Assembly: GCA_051362555.1 (NCBI GenBank)
Contig: CM120644.1
Coordinates: 20,420,534-20,484,533, forward strand
Source: Lingula anatina
Lineage: Eukaryota > Animalia > Brachiopoda
DNA length: 64,000 bases
Direction: 5' to 3'
The notes below the pieces were generated by a model. The model searched no databases, was not told where the DNA came from, and saw nothing but the letters and a program-made list of their open reading frames with translations. Positions 1-12,570 of the stretch are shown here, in pieces (the first letter of the stretch is position 1; each line of letters begins with the position of its first letter). The position numbers were made by a program, and so were the translations under genes.

Positions 1-2100
1 AAAATAGTTAAACATTAATCAATTTGACACTTCTTGTCCAATGTTTCTCAAATTTGTACAAATGATGCTTTACAACAATAAAAATCTGGGATAAGCTGAT
101 CAGTTGACTGTATCTAATGAAGAGTGTTTTTTAGGACAATATACTTGAGAAAACTCAAAATTACACTGAAAAGACTGGGAAATCACAGGACTTAAAATAG
201 TTAAACGTGAATTATTTTGTCAAATCTGGTTCAATATTTCTGAAATTTGTACAAATGATGGCCAACAACAATAAAAGTCTGTGATAAGATGACCAGTTGT
301 CTGTGTCTTATGAAAAATATTTTTTTCAGACAATATATTTGAGAAATCCGAAAATTACACTAGAAACACTTTCAAATTCCATCGTTAAAAATAGTTAAAC
401 ATTAATCATTTTAACAAGTCCTGTCCAATGTTTTTCAAATTTGTACAAATGATGCATAACAACAATAAAAACCTGGGATAAGCTGATCAGTTGACTGTAT
501 CTAATGAAAAGTGTTTTTTAGGACAATATACTTGAGAAAACTGAAAATTACACTGAAAAGACTGGGAAATCGCAGGACTTAAAATAGTTAAACGTGAATA
601 ATTTTGTCAAATATGGTTCAATATTTCTGAAATTTATACAAATGATGCCTAACAACAATAAAAGTCTGTGATAAGATGACAAGTTGTCTGTGTCTTATGA
701 AAAATATTTTTTTCAGACAATATATTTGAGAAATCTGAAAATTACACTAAAAACACTTTCAAATTCCATCGTTAAAAATAGTTAAACATTAATCATTTTA
801 ACAAGTCCTGTCCAATGTTTTTCAAATTTGTACAAATGATGCATAACAACAATAAAAACCTGGGATAAGCTGATCAGTTGACTGTATCTAATGAAAAGTG
901 TTTTTTAGGACAATATACTTGAGAAAACTGAAAATTACACTGAAAAGACTGGGAAATCGCAGGACTTAAAATAGTTAAACGTGAATAATTTTGTCAAATC
1001 TGGTTCAATATTTCTGAAATTTATACAAATGATGCCTAACAACAATAAAAGTCTGTGATAAGATGATCAGGTGTCTGTGTTTGTTTTAAGTGTCAAGTTT
1101 ATTGGAAATTTATAATCAGAAGAATGTGACAATAAACTAAATCAAATATTTCAATATTGCAATATATATTTCACAGTAAAAGAAAACAGCAAATGTGATG
1201 ATTTGTGTTTGTTTGTGAAGGAAGTTGCAAATTACCTATAACTCTCATCTAGAAAACAATATATACTCATACAAGACTTCTCCTTACTACCAATGCCAGA
1301 TGCAGATGACGCCTTACAATGGGTTTCTGGAATCCGCCTGTTAGGACAATTTTTGACAATGTCCTAAATCTTGCAACATATCATGTATTGTTCACATGGA
1401 TAACACATAGCACTGCTCTTGCTGCTGATTTGCACTGCCTGCCTTTTCGTGTTAAGGGTACTCTGGAAAAACAACAATGTAACTGATAAAACTGAAAATA
1501 ACACTGAAAAGACTGGCAAATTACATGACTTGAAATAGTTAATTGTTAATAATTTTGTCAAATCTAGTCTAATATTTCTGATATTTGTACAAATGATGCT
1601 TAACAACAATAAAAACCTGTGATAAGATGATCAGTTGTCTGTGTCTTATGAAAAAATATTTTTTTCAGACAATATATTTGAGAAATCCAAAAATTACACT
1701 AAAAACAATTTCAAATTCCATCATTAAAAATAGTTAAACATTAATCAATTTGACACATCTTGTCCAATGTTTCTCAAATTTGTACAAATGATGCTTTACA
1801 ACAATAAAAATCTGTGATAAGCTGATCAAGTGACTGTATTAAATGAAAAGTGATTTTTAGGACAATATATTTGAGAAATCCGAAAATTACACTGAAAACA
1901 ATTTCAAATTCCATCGTTAAAAATAGTTAAACATTAATCAATTTGACACATCTTGTCCAATGTTTCTCAAATTTGTACAAATGATGCTTTACAACAATAA
2001 AAATCTGGGATAAGCTGATCAGTTGACCGTATCTAATGAAAAGTGTTTTTTAGGACAATATACTTGAGAAAGCTCAAAATTACACTGAAAAGACTGGGAA

Positions 2101-4130
2101 ACTAGAGGATCAGAGAGGCGATACCGCCTCCGGATATTGTACCACCAGCTGGAGTAAGCGCATTCGTATGGACCCCCCCACCCCTCCAAAAAGGGACACC
2201 ATCACCAGTCTTGTGCTTGACAAGCTCTATAAGATGCAATCAATAAGAGTTCTCAAAATATGCAAAAAAAATATAACTAAAAATGGTATAATCAAGCAGA
2301 TTTTCGAATTGACTTGCATTTTCCTACCCTTGATCACTCCTGTATTCTCTAGACAAAAGGCCTATTGGTTTTCCTTGAAAAGTGTTGTCAATGGTGCATA
2401 TATGCTGACAAAAGAGAAAACCTAGGGGCAACAAGGGGCACATCTCTGCTGGTTTTAAAGATATGAGAGGCAAGAAAATATGCAAAGCTCAGTTCATGGT
2501 GAAAAAGTAGGTCAAAGGTCAATTTCAATATCATAGTATATGAATTTCTATTCAAGTTCAATAGCAACCATGGGTATTTCTTTGCCAATTTTGCAGATTT
2601 AAAGGCCTGAAAACATGCAAAATCATAAAAAGTAGGTCAAAGGTCAATTTCAAGGTCACAGATTGCTAGTGTATTACTTCCTATTCAAGTTCAATAGTAA
2701 CTATGGACCTATTTCTGTCAGTTTTGGAGATAAAGGAGAAAGAAAATTTGCAAAGTTCAGTTCATAGTAAAAAGATGGTCAAAGGTCAATTTTAAGGTCA
2801 CAGTAAATTACCAGTATATGACTTACTACTTAAGTTCAATAGTAACTATGGACCTATCTCTGCCAGTTTTGATGATAAAACGGAAAGAAAATTTGCAAAG
2901 TTCAATTCATGATGAAAAGTAGGTCAAAGGTCAATTTCAAGGTCACACTTAGATTGCCAGTATATGACTTCCTATTCAACTTCAATAGTAACTATGGACC
3001 TATCTCTGCCAGTTTTGGAGATAAAAGGGAACAAAAATTTGCAAAGTTCAGTTCATGGTAAAAAGTAGGTCAAATGTCAAATTTAAGGTCACAGTAAATT
3101 GCCAGTATATGACTTCCTATTCAAGTTCAATAGTAACTATGAACCTATCTCTGCCAGTTTTGGAGATAAAAGGGAACGAAAATTTGCAAAGTTCAATTCA
3201 TGATGAAAAGTAGGTCAAAGGTCAATTTTATGGTTACTGTTAAATTGCCAGTATGTGACATCCTATTCAACTTTAACAGTAACTATTGACCTATCTCTGC
3301 CAGTTTTGGAGATATAATGTTACAATTCTGAGTTACAATAATGTGCCACCACAATGTACTTTTTAATACAGCATTACACGAAAACCGTATGAAATACAAA
3401 TATCGAGACCATATGCAATGTTGGGCTTTACATGCTCTACAAAATGCAAAAAAGAACGGGTCGCTAGCATTAACGGTTCCCGAATTAGAGACAGTTTTCA
3501 GTTTCGGTATCTTATGGCCGCTTCTCCTGTGAAAATGCACCGATTGACCCCAAATTCACATAGATGAAAGAAGACCCAAAGGGTAACACTTTCCAATAAT
3601 ATTATTGGTTAAGTCTGTGTAGTGTCTGAATAACAGCGCAAATAATATTTTTTTTGTAAAAAATTTCATTTTTTTGAAAATTTTGGCCCGTTTGACCTTG
3701 AAATAAAGGTCAAAGGTCAAATCCAAGGGCATATTTGAAATCTACACATATGACTTTTGGAAAGCCGTCTGTAGAAATTTTTCCCATAATTCCTTCCGTA
3801 GGGTAGATAATTGGCATTGAATTTTCAAAAATTTTGACAAGGGTGCATTTCAACGAGCGTCATGCCCAGGTTAATGCACCGACTGAGACAAAAAAACCTG
3901 GGGGTTCAAGTTGAGGTTATATGTGACCTAAATCCAAGAGATGGGGACAGCGGTCCTTGCGGTCTAGGAGGAGAAGCGGTAACGGTGACTTGTATCCGGC
4001 GCCAGTACGCGGAGCCGGCGGAGCTTACGGAGCCGGCGGAGCCAACGGAGCCGGCGGAGCCGGCGGAGCCGGACGAGACGGGTCGGGACTAAAACCATGA
4101 GTACCGCCAGCGTACACGCTGGTGGTACTA
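2101..4130 (-). mobile_element. Non-autonomous Helentron/HINE-type element, family A, copy 1
   Basis: Sub-terminal inverted repeat GTACCACCAGC (2139-2149 and 4118-4128), 5' hairpin 4101-4128, 3' stem-loop GAGGCG-atac-CGCCTC (2115-2130) and a CTAGT terminus. Contains ~120-bp GGTCAAAGGTCA tandem units (~2480-3310) and a GAGCCGGCG microrepeat. Inserted at AA/TT without a TSD; the empty site GACTGGGAA|ATAACAGGAC is seen at 4852-4870. Confidence 0.9.
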
Positions 4131-4153
4131 ATAACAGGACTTAAAATAGTTAA

Positions 4154-4490
4154 AGGGATAATACCTCTTCGTATGAAATCTGTATTTCACAATAAAAACA
4201 TTGTGAATGGCTCATAAAAATATAATATATTCTGTTTTCCCACAAAAACAGCTGTTATAGTTATTATTCTGATATCTGAGCTTGTCTTTAGACCACGTGA
4301 CCTCCATTGATGGCTATACTCTGTTAAAATCTCTTAAGAGATTTTAACAAAAAAACAAACTTTTTAGAAAAAAACCAGGGACTAACCTTGAATGTAAAAA
4401 TGGATTCATTAACCATTGGTAAGTATGGGAAAATTGTTGTTTACTCCAGGAAAATTCATTTTTTGGCCGAAACAAAGAGTTATTATCACT
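4154..4490 (+). mobile_element. TTAA-targeting MITE with AGGG termini (Kolobok-like), copy 1
   Basis: TTAA at 4150-4153 and 4491-4494, termini AGGGATAATA...TATTATCACT. Empty site AAAATAGTTAAACGTGAATAA is present in other satellite units. Internal 28-bp palindrome at 4322-4349. Confidence 0.85.
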
Positions 4491-7400
4491 TTAAATGTGA
4501 ATAATTTTGTCAAATCTGGTTCAATATTTCTGAAATTTGTACAAATGATGCCTAACAACAATAAAAGACTGTCATAAGATGATCAGTTGTCTGTGTCTTA
4601 TGAAAAATATTTTTTTTCAGACAATATATTTGAGAAATCCGAAAATTACACTAAAAACACTTTCAAATTCCATCGTTAAAAATAGTTAAATATTAATCAT
4701 TTTAACAAGTCTTGTCCAATGTTTTTCAAATTTGTACAAATGATGCAAAACAACAATAAAAACCTGTGATAAGCTGATCAGTTGACTGTATTTAATGAAA
4801 AGTGATTTTTAGGACAATATATATTTAAGAAATTGAAAATTACACTGAAAAGACTGGGAAATAACAGGACTTAAAATAGTTAATTGTGAATAATTTTGTC
4901 AAATCTGGTTCAATATTTCTGAAATTTATACAAATGATGCCTAACAACAATAAAAGTATGTGATAAGATGATCAGTTGTCTGTGTCTGTTTTAAGTGTCA
5001 AGTTTATTGGAAATTAATAATCAGAAGAGTGTGACAATAAACTAAATCAAATATTTCAATATTGCAATATATATTTCACTGTAAAAGAAAACAGCAAATG
5101 TGATGATTTGTGTCTGTTTGTGAAGGAAGTTGCAAATTACCTATAACTCTCATCTAGAAAACAATATATACCCATACAAGACTTCTCCTTACTACCAATG
5201 CCAGATGCAGATGACACCTTACAATGGGTTTCTGGAATCCGCCTGTTAGGACAATTTTTGACAATGTCCTAAATCTTGCAACATATCAAGTATTGTTCAC
5301 ATGGATAACACATAGCACTGCTCTTGCTGCTGATTTGCACTGCCTGCCTTTTCGTGTTAAGGGTACTCTGGAAAAACAACAATGTAACTGATAAAACTGA
5401 AAATAACACTGAAAAGACTGGCAAATTCCATGACTTGAAATAGTTAATTGTTAATAATTTTGTCAAATCTAGTCTAATATTTCTGATATTTGTACAAATG
5501 ATGCTTAACAACAATAAAAATCTGTGATAAGCTGATCAAGTGACTGTATTAAATGAAAAGTAATTTTTAGGACAATATATTTGAGAAAACTGAAAATTAC
5601 ACTGAAAGGGCTGGCAAATCCCATCCTTTAAAATAGTTAAACATTAATAATTTTGACATATCTTGTCCAATGTTTCTGAAATTTGTACAAATGATGCCTA
5701 ACAACAATAAAAATCTTTGATAATTACACTGAATTTCTGAAAATTACACTGAAGAGACTGGCGAATTCCATGACTTTTCCTTACTACCAATGCCAGATGC
5801 AGATGAAGCTTACAATGGGTTGCTGGAATCCGCCTGTTAGCACAATTTTTGACAATGTCCTAAATCTTGCAACATATCATGTATTGTTCACATGGATAAC
5901 ACATAGCACTGCTCTTGCTGCTGATTTGCACTGCCTGCCTTTTCGTGTTAAGGGTACTCTGGAAAAACAACAATGTAACTGAAAAAACTGAAAATAACAC
6001 TGAAGAGACTGGCAAATTCCATGACTTAAAATGACTTAACTTTGTCAAATCTAGTCCAATGTTTCTGATATTTATACAAATTAAGCTTAACAACAATAAA
6101 AGTCTTTAATAAGTATATCGGTTAAATGTTTGTAGTTGAGATGCATTTCTGTGAGGGGGAAAATAAGAGAAATGTGAAATGACTGACCAAAAATTATCAT
6201 TGATAACAAACATTTTTTAAACCTTAATAAAATAAAACATGTAATATTTGTTTCTCTATGGAGACAAGAAGGAACAGAAATTACCTGTCATGAACAGTAA
6301 AACAAAACTTAACAGTCCATTTCATTTACTTCCTGCACAAGATCCAGTTTCCTCTTTACAATGGCTTCTCTGTCTCTGTCAGTTCACACCCCATCTGCCC
6401 TGAATCTTGTCACGTTATGTGTCTTCCACTAGTGGATTAGATAAAGGGATGTTGTGGTTGGGGTCTTTCAATGCCTTTTAGATACAAAATCACATAGCCA
6501 GCCAAAAAAACTGTTCATCGAGCCACCATGATGGAAAGCAAAACTGGAAATAAAGACAAAGCAATGTACTTGTAAAGTGACCAAAATTTGCTGCTAAAAA
6601 ACAAATAGCTGACAGTCCACCACATCCAATTGTGAAAACATGTTAATCTATTGTGCACTGACAGGTGCCCCCCTTATCAGATAGATATTAGTATTGTAAT
6701 AACTGATATGTGAATTAAATGTACTTGCTTTGTTGAGGTTACTGGTCACCTTGCCAATCTGACAAACGTTGAACAATATTAACTCCGCAAAAAAGTACTT
6801 GAAATTTTGTGAAACTTGCACATATGATACTAGAAACTAACAGTAGAAAAATCTGTGATAAGTTGGCTTTGTGTAGTTGAGTTTTACTGTCACCTGAAGG
6901 GAGAAACAAGAAAAAATGAATTTTCTTGATTATAAAGAAGTTTCATAGTCATGTTGTTCATACTTAAACTCCACTTCATTTGTATGTATACTGAACAGCC
7001 AAGTGGCAACTATTCTCTCCCTTTTTAAAATATATTATGCATACACTGAATAAGCATTAATTATAGGAAAACAATTCCAACACAAGTTTGCCTTATTTTC
7101 TTACGAACAACAAAAAATAATAATAACTAACATTAATCAGTGCTTATTTTAAATTAACAGTAAGTATGTCAGAAGTTGTGAAGGTGCTCATTTCCACATA
7201 GTATTTGGAAATGATAGGTGCTTTTGTCATTTAATTGCAGACAGTAATAGCAAAATTGATAAATCCTGGTCCCATGTTCTCCAAGCCTAGAAAAAAATGA
7301 ATAGTCTCAGTTTTTAAAAGAATAACACAGAAATACTTTTCTAACTTTATCTTTTTACACACACACGAACAAACACACATACACACACATACTAGCCTAA

Positions 7401-7816
7401 TATCAATATAAATAGTAAATCACAATTTTTGTAATAGGGTAACTGGTAACAACCAAGTTTCTTAAATAGTACTTTTTACACAAAAAGTGTATCAGTATTG
7501 ATAAATAAAACTCAACATCAGGAGCTGAAGTGCCGCAAGCATACACACCTTCAAATCAATTAAACCCCATTTGAATCAAGTCCTAAAGATTTTAGGAAAT
7601 ACATAAAAGTCCACAAACTACAGTGTTTGCAACTAATATACACTTAAGCTGTTTCATTAAATATGCAATATAAATTAAAACAAAAGATGAGTTTTACAAA
7701 TGACTCAAACCTTCCCATTATATATGTTCTTTTTTTTTCTTGGAACATTTACTTTTCATAGATCACAACTTAATAGCCATGTGTTTATAGGTGTGTGTGG
7801 GAGAGTTTGTGTGCAT

Positions 7817-7861
<45 letters not shown>
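7817..7861. repeat. (GA)n microsatellite
   Basis: Direct reading of GAGA runs. Confidence 0.95.
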
Positions 7862-7863
<2 letters not shown>

Positions 7864-8466
7864 ATATTGTAGTCAAATTGCAAGACAAAAATACTAAGGT
7901 GGCAACAAAACAACACATATGACGCCATATCCTCAAAAACATTAAGATCTGTTCCCCTAACCAAAGAACCAGTTTTGCTGACAAATCCAGTAGGTACTGT
8001 AATCAAAAATAATATTGTTTTATACTGGGGAGGGGGATTTGGGTTAAAACAAAAACAATCACTGGAGCAAAACAAACTACCTTAAAATGAAAATTTGCCC
8101 ATGATATGTAACATAACACTAGCATTTTATGACACAGTGTTGATCTATTGAAACCTCTAAACAAATGAAGGTAAATCATTTAATAAAGCTTATTTCTGAG
8201 TAACAAGTTTTCCCCTAATTGATATCATACATATGTTCCCTGAACAAAGGGCAAACATGTATAAAGTCCAAATTTAATATTCATATTGTAGTTGGTTTTC
8301 AATTTTGTATCTTTCAACTACAGTACATGTACAAGCATGTATCCCCCACACTAACTCCATGCACACACATCCATGAGGGATCACAATGTATATTCACAAA
8401 TCATTACATCTTGTTTACAATAAAACATGATTTAATTGCATATGAAGACAAGTATAAAATATTTAA

Positions 8467-8792
8467 AGGGACAATAACTCTGCGTTTCAGCCAAAAAATG
8501 AATTTTCCTGGAGTAAACAACAATTTTACCAATGGTTAATGAATCCATTTTTACATTTAAAGTTAGTCCCTGGTTTTTTTCTAAAAAGTTTGTTTTTGTT
8601 AAAATCTCTTAAGAGATTTTAACAGAGTATAGCTATCAATGGAGGTCACGTGGTCTAAATACAAGCTCAGATATCAGAAAAAATAGCTATAACTGCCGTT
8701 TCGTGGTAAAACAAAGTATATTATATTTCTATGAGTTATTCACAATGTTTTTATTGTGAAATATAGATATCATACGAAGAGTTATTTTCCCT
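8467..8792 (-). mobile_element. Kolobok-like TTAA MITE, copy 2
   Basis: TTAA at 8463-8466 and 8793-8796. Reverse-complement homologue of 4154-4490, including the 28-bp palindrome (8597-8624). Confidence 0.85.
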
Positions 8793-9289
8793 TTAACTGT
8801 GAATTGATTCAACATATGAGACAAGACTGCCATTAGCCGACACTGTGATCATTACGCCTAATATACAACTTGTTGGAAATATTAAAATTACCAAGTTACC
8901 TATTTGGTCGCTTTCCAAAACTTTTAAATGTTCAAAAATGTATGTAAAACTATGGAAAGACTTGAACAGATAAAGGAAAAAACTTTCCTCTGCATTTGGC
9001 ACAATTCAAAAACGCATGTTTACAATGCAGCTATGTGTGACAAATGTAACTTCAGATAATGCTCAGTAAAGTTGATACATGAACATTCCTTTGGTGTATA
9101 AAATGTAACTCAAGCATATATTGTTTTGTCTTGTGATATTTATTAGTATATAAATCAACTGGTCTTTGTATAAACATATGTACATCTTACCTGTCTCTAT
9201 GCCTTCTCCTGCCAATTTCTCTTGGAGCGGTTTATCCCTATTTGAAAACGAGGCCAAATCTAATAATTTCCTAAATAACCGTCAGCCTC

Positions 9290-9345
9290 GTCAGCCTAGG
9301 AGCCGGTTGCGCTGCTCCTGGGCTGATTACGTCATCTGGCACAGG
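9290..9345 (-). promoter_or_regulatory. CpG-rich promoter-like patch with a CRE/ATF-type site (ATGACGTAA)
   Basis: TTACGTCAT at 9327-9335 within a local CpG cluster, ~140 nt upstream of a strong minus-strand donor at 9190. Confidence 0.3.
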
Positions 9346-10094
9346 CCCGTAGCCGGGGGAGGGGAGGGGTGTCGGCATAAAAATACCTGCTCTAAAATAC
9401 CAGGTCCTACACTTTAAAGTGGGGGATGCTACTTACCCTTAAAGAAAATATCTGGTGTCCATCGGTGGATCTAAATTAACCTGCAGCTCTAGTACCTCTA
9501 GGAGCTTACCAGACTTTTCGTCCTAATCTGGGAGCAGGATGCCATTTTAAATAAATAATAAAAACATCTGGTTTCACTTGCATTTAGTCCTTTGAGGACC
9601 TAAATTAACAAGCACCGTGGTATCCACACGAACTTACCAGATCTTCCACCCTAACTCAGTGCAGGATATCCTTTAAAACTGGGTCTACAACCTCACTTTC
9701 CTGTATTCACAACGCCACATGAATCTGCTTCCTTCATTTGCCGTTACGACTTTTAATTATCATTCTCCAATATGTCGGATAACTGAAAATTCCCAACGTT
9801 GTAAAAAGTCTACACCAGTCGAGCGTTTGTCTGTCTGTGTGTCCGTTTATATTTCTGTCTTTCTACGCCCGCGCCTTGCCTTTAAAAAAAATCGATCCGG
9901 TTAATCTCGGCCGCTTTATTAGCCTACCGTTGAAATTTCCTCTAAATTCAAATTTGCCTGAGAACGCAGAACCTTTTCCTTTTCATCTCTCTCCGATTAT
10001 TACCTAGTTCGATGCAAGTTGCAAATACTTTAAATTTCTTACGTTACCGCCTGCCACCGGCAAAATTACGTAGAGTAGGCCTACCGTTATTAAC

Positions 10095-10103
10095 CAGTGG
10101 CGG

Positions 10104-10138
<35 letters not shown>

Positions 10139-10353
10139 CAGGGGGTCCTGACCCCACCTCCTTTGATTTCTGAAAAAAAAAATCACACCAATGTTCCCCT
10201 CTTAAAATTAGAGTTTTGACTAGCTACATGCATCATAGTTCTAAACCGCACCAAAATTTCGGGGCTTTCAGGGTTGATTTCGCATCCGCACCCTGTCATT
10301 CCTAAAAAACCGCCCCCCCCCCCGCCCTTCAAAAAATCCTTGATCCGCCCCTG
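10095..10353 (-). mobile_element. GC-rich hAT-like MITE with CAG...CTG termini and 6-bp TSD
   Basis: TIR CAGTGGCGGAT / ATCCGCCCCTG; ATTAAC duplicated at 10089-10094 and 10354-10359; poly-G/C tracts. 6-bp TSDs are known for the hATx/hAT6 groups. Confidence 0.8.
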
Positions 10354-11369
10354 ATTAACGCAATAACCATTATTTTACAACGCAGAAATCTTGTCATTCT
10401 GAACCGACGAAAAAAAAACATGCTAAAATACATCACCACCACCAATAGGCCTACACAACATGTAGGTCTACACCTACAACGAAAACCTCGTCTTACTGAA
10501 CCAGAAAAATCAATGATCTCTTCAATATACCGACAAAATGAAATAACCTTCCTATTACTACCACGTAGCAAACAGTGCACAGCTTTTAACCGAGAATCGC
10601 ATTTTCCATGCCTTAACGATCACTTGGAATAGAAGGAGACACGGGAAGTCGCTCAGAGGGTAGAATTTTTGGCCTCCGTAGTAAATATAAAACGATAAAC
10701 ACTATGAACACGAACATCCAACACAAGAACTCTATTCAACATTACCTAAAATAGAGCGTTTTGAACAAAATAAACAGTTTGATAAAAAAATTTAATAATA
10801 AGCAGAGGAGTTTAACGAAATTATTGGTTTCCTTCCATATATTAACATAGAAAAAGCGGTAATAAGTAATTTTGAGAAATTTATCGAACACCAAATGTTA
10901 CTTTTGGACAGATATAACAGAGAGAGAAAGTAGTTGGAATTAGGAAGATAAACCGAATTATCACTAGCACCAAGAATGTTCGTGAAATTATTGCTGTTAC
11001 TATCCGAAGTAAACAATTAAAGCCCGAGTTGGATCTGAGTTGGTATTACAGATACATGACGGTATCCTCGATCCACGATATTGATAAATCCATTTATAAA
11101 GTGGAACTACCCTTCGAGGGCAACCTTCTTTAAATGCTTCCTAACGTTTTGACGTTTCCTCTCCCCTAAAATTCGACCGGACTCTCGGCGCATGTCAGAT
11201 TAGCCCATGAAACGATGGGTTTGTTCCCTAAAACCGGTCAAACATTTTCCACTCAAGATTGTGTAGGCGTAGATTGTGAATTTCCGGGCCTAAAAATTTT
11301 GAGCATACGGTTATTGCTGGAGATAAGAAATATAGGGGGTCGTGTAATGTCTAGACTTCCAAAAGTTTA

Positions 11370-11619
11370 CAGGGGCGGATCCAGGATTATTTGAAGGGGG
11401 GTCCGCGGATGCAAAGCCAACCCCACCTCACTTGGAGTGGGGTTAGGGGCCTGTTGAATGGCCCCAAAATTTTGGTATTTTAGAGGGCGAATGGTGCCAT
11501 TTGGTACGTTTTACAACTATGATTCAGTTAGTCAAAATTCTAATTTCAAGAAGGGGACCAGAAATCGAAGGGGGGGGGGGGGTCAGGACCCCCTTACCTC
11601 CCCCCTAAGTCCGCAACTG
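11370..11619 (+). mobile_element. Same hAT-like MITE family; left member of a composite
   Basis: Starts CAGGGGCGGATCCAGG; right TIR degenerate (AAGTCCGCAACTG); left flank AGTTTA. Confidence 0.8.
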
Positions 11620-12570
11620 CTTTTTATAGAATAATTAAAATAAACATTCTTGTTTATTGAAAGAACTTATTAAATAAGGATGTGTCTTGACAAATGAAGA
11701 TGTTAGTTCGTAATGTTTTAGATAATAAATAGTTGAGAATCTCCCTTTTACTTAAAAGGGACCTTCCTTTTACTTGTGGGGGACCTCTTTATTATAACCC
11801 GACCCCACATAACATGAACTATACCTTTTATAATAAAACTCCAGGAAACTATGGGCTCACATCTTTGGATAACGCAATCTGATTACACTTTTTATACTGT
11901 GGTCCCTGACAGTGAGAGAAAGAGCCAATCAAATCAGAGGGTCAGTGCCTGCCAAAGTCAAAGACACGTGAGAAAGAATGAATAATAGAGAAAAAGTAGG
12001 AAAAATAACCAATGAATATAGTAATCATCTTATACGTACAGCAATAAATGGGACCGGTATGACTTTATATCCTGTCACACAAAGATTTTATAGTGTACGT
12101 TGAATTCGAAATGTCCTCTCTGTGACTACTACCTGTAGTATATAATTCTATTATAACAATTTGAAACGGCGTGCTGAGTTTTTTTTTAAAGAGAAAGATA
12201 GATTGATGCCGTTGACAGAAAAGCTGACACGGCAGTTCGGAAATATTAATCCATTAATTTTAATACAATTTGAAAGGATCTCTTGTGTGTGGTAAGTAAG
12301 TTTGATTGATTTACCTCTCTTCCATCAGTTTTATCATTTCAAAGAGATGGTGTTTTTTGAAAATTTGATGTTTGCTGTTGTCAGTTATATGGAAGTTTTA
12401 TGCACTATTACTAGTGCAAATCGCCACCCAGTCGGCTTGAATACAGACACACTCACACAACTCATTCGCACCTATAGATATCAGGCATAGGAAGGATAGA
12501 AAAATTCCGAAAATAAAATTTTAATTTCCTCTAAACCAGCCACCCTAACACCCCGTTTCCATAGACCCCA

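Larger units (their letters stand above)
1..6115. repeat. ~193-bp satellite-like tandem array with two alternating subtypes (~387-bp higher-order dimer), interrupted by insertions
   Basis: Units start with AAAATAGTTAAAC at about 1, 195, 388, 581, 775, 968, 1533, 1727, 1920, 4143, 4678, 4873, 5438 and 5630. Core motif is CAAATTTGTACAAATGATGC..AACAACAATAAAA. Subtypes ...ACATTAATCA.. and ...ACGTGAATAA.. largely alternate. The array runs off the left edge. Confidence 0.92.
1318..9330 (-). other. Putative spliced non-coding or decayed transcript: exon-like blocks ~9330-9191, 6543-6285 and a 145-nt block in three copies (5958-5814, 5367-5223, 1462-1318)
   Basis: Minus-strand splice signals are CAG|GTAAGA (9191/9190), TTTATTTCCAG| (6543), CAG|GTAATT (6285), TTGTTGTTTTTCCAG| and ATT|GTAAG around the 145-nt block. 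The blocks are GC-richer than their flanks. No continuous reading frame was found. Confidence 0.35.

Noticed and set aside
1364-6096. Three near-identical 78-81-aa ORFs as a small gene family
   Set aside because: They begin inside satellite units at non-ATG starts and cross the repeat/cassette boundary; the similarity reflects DNA duplication.
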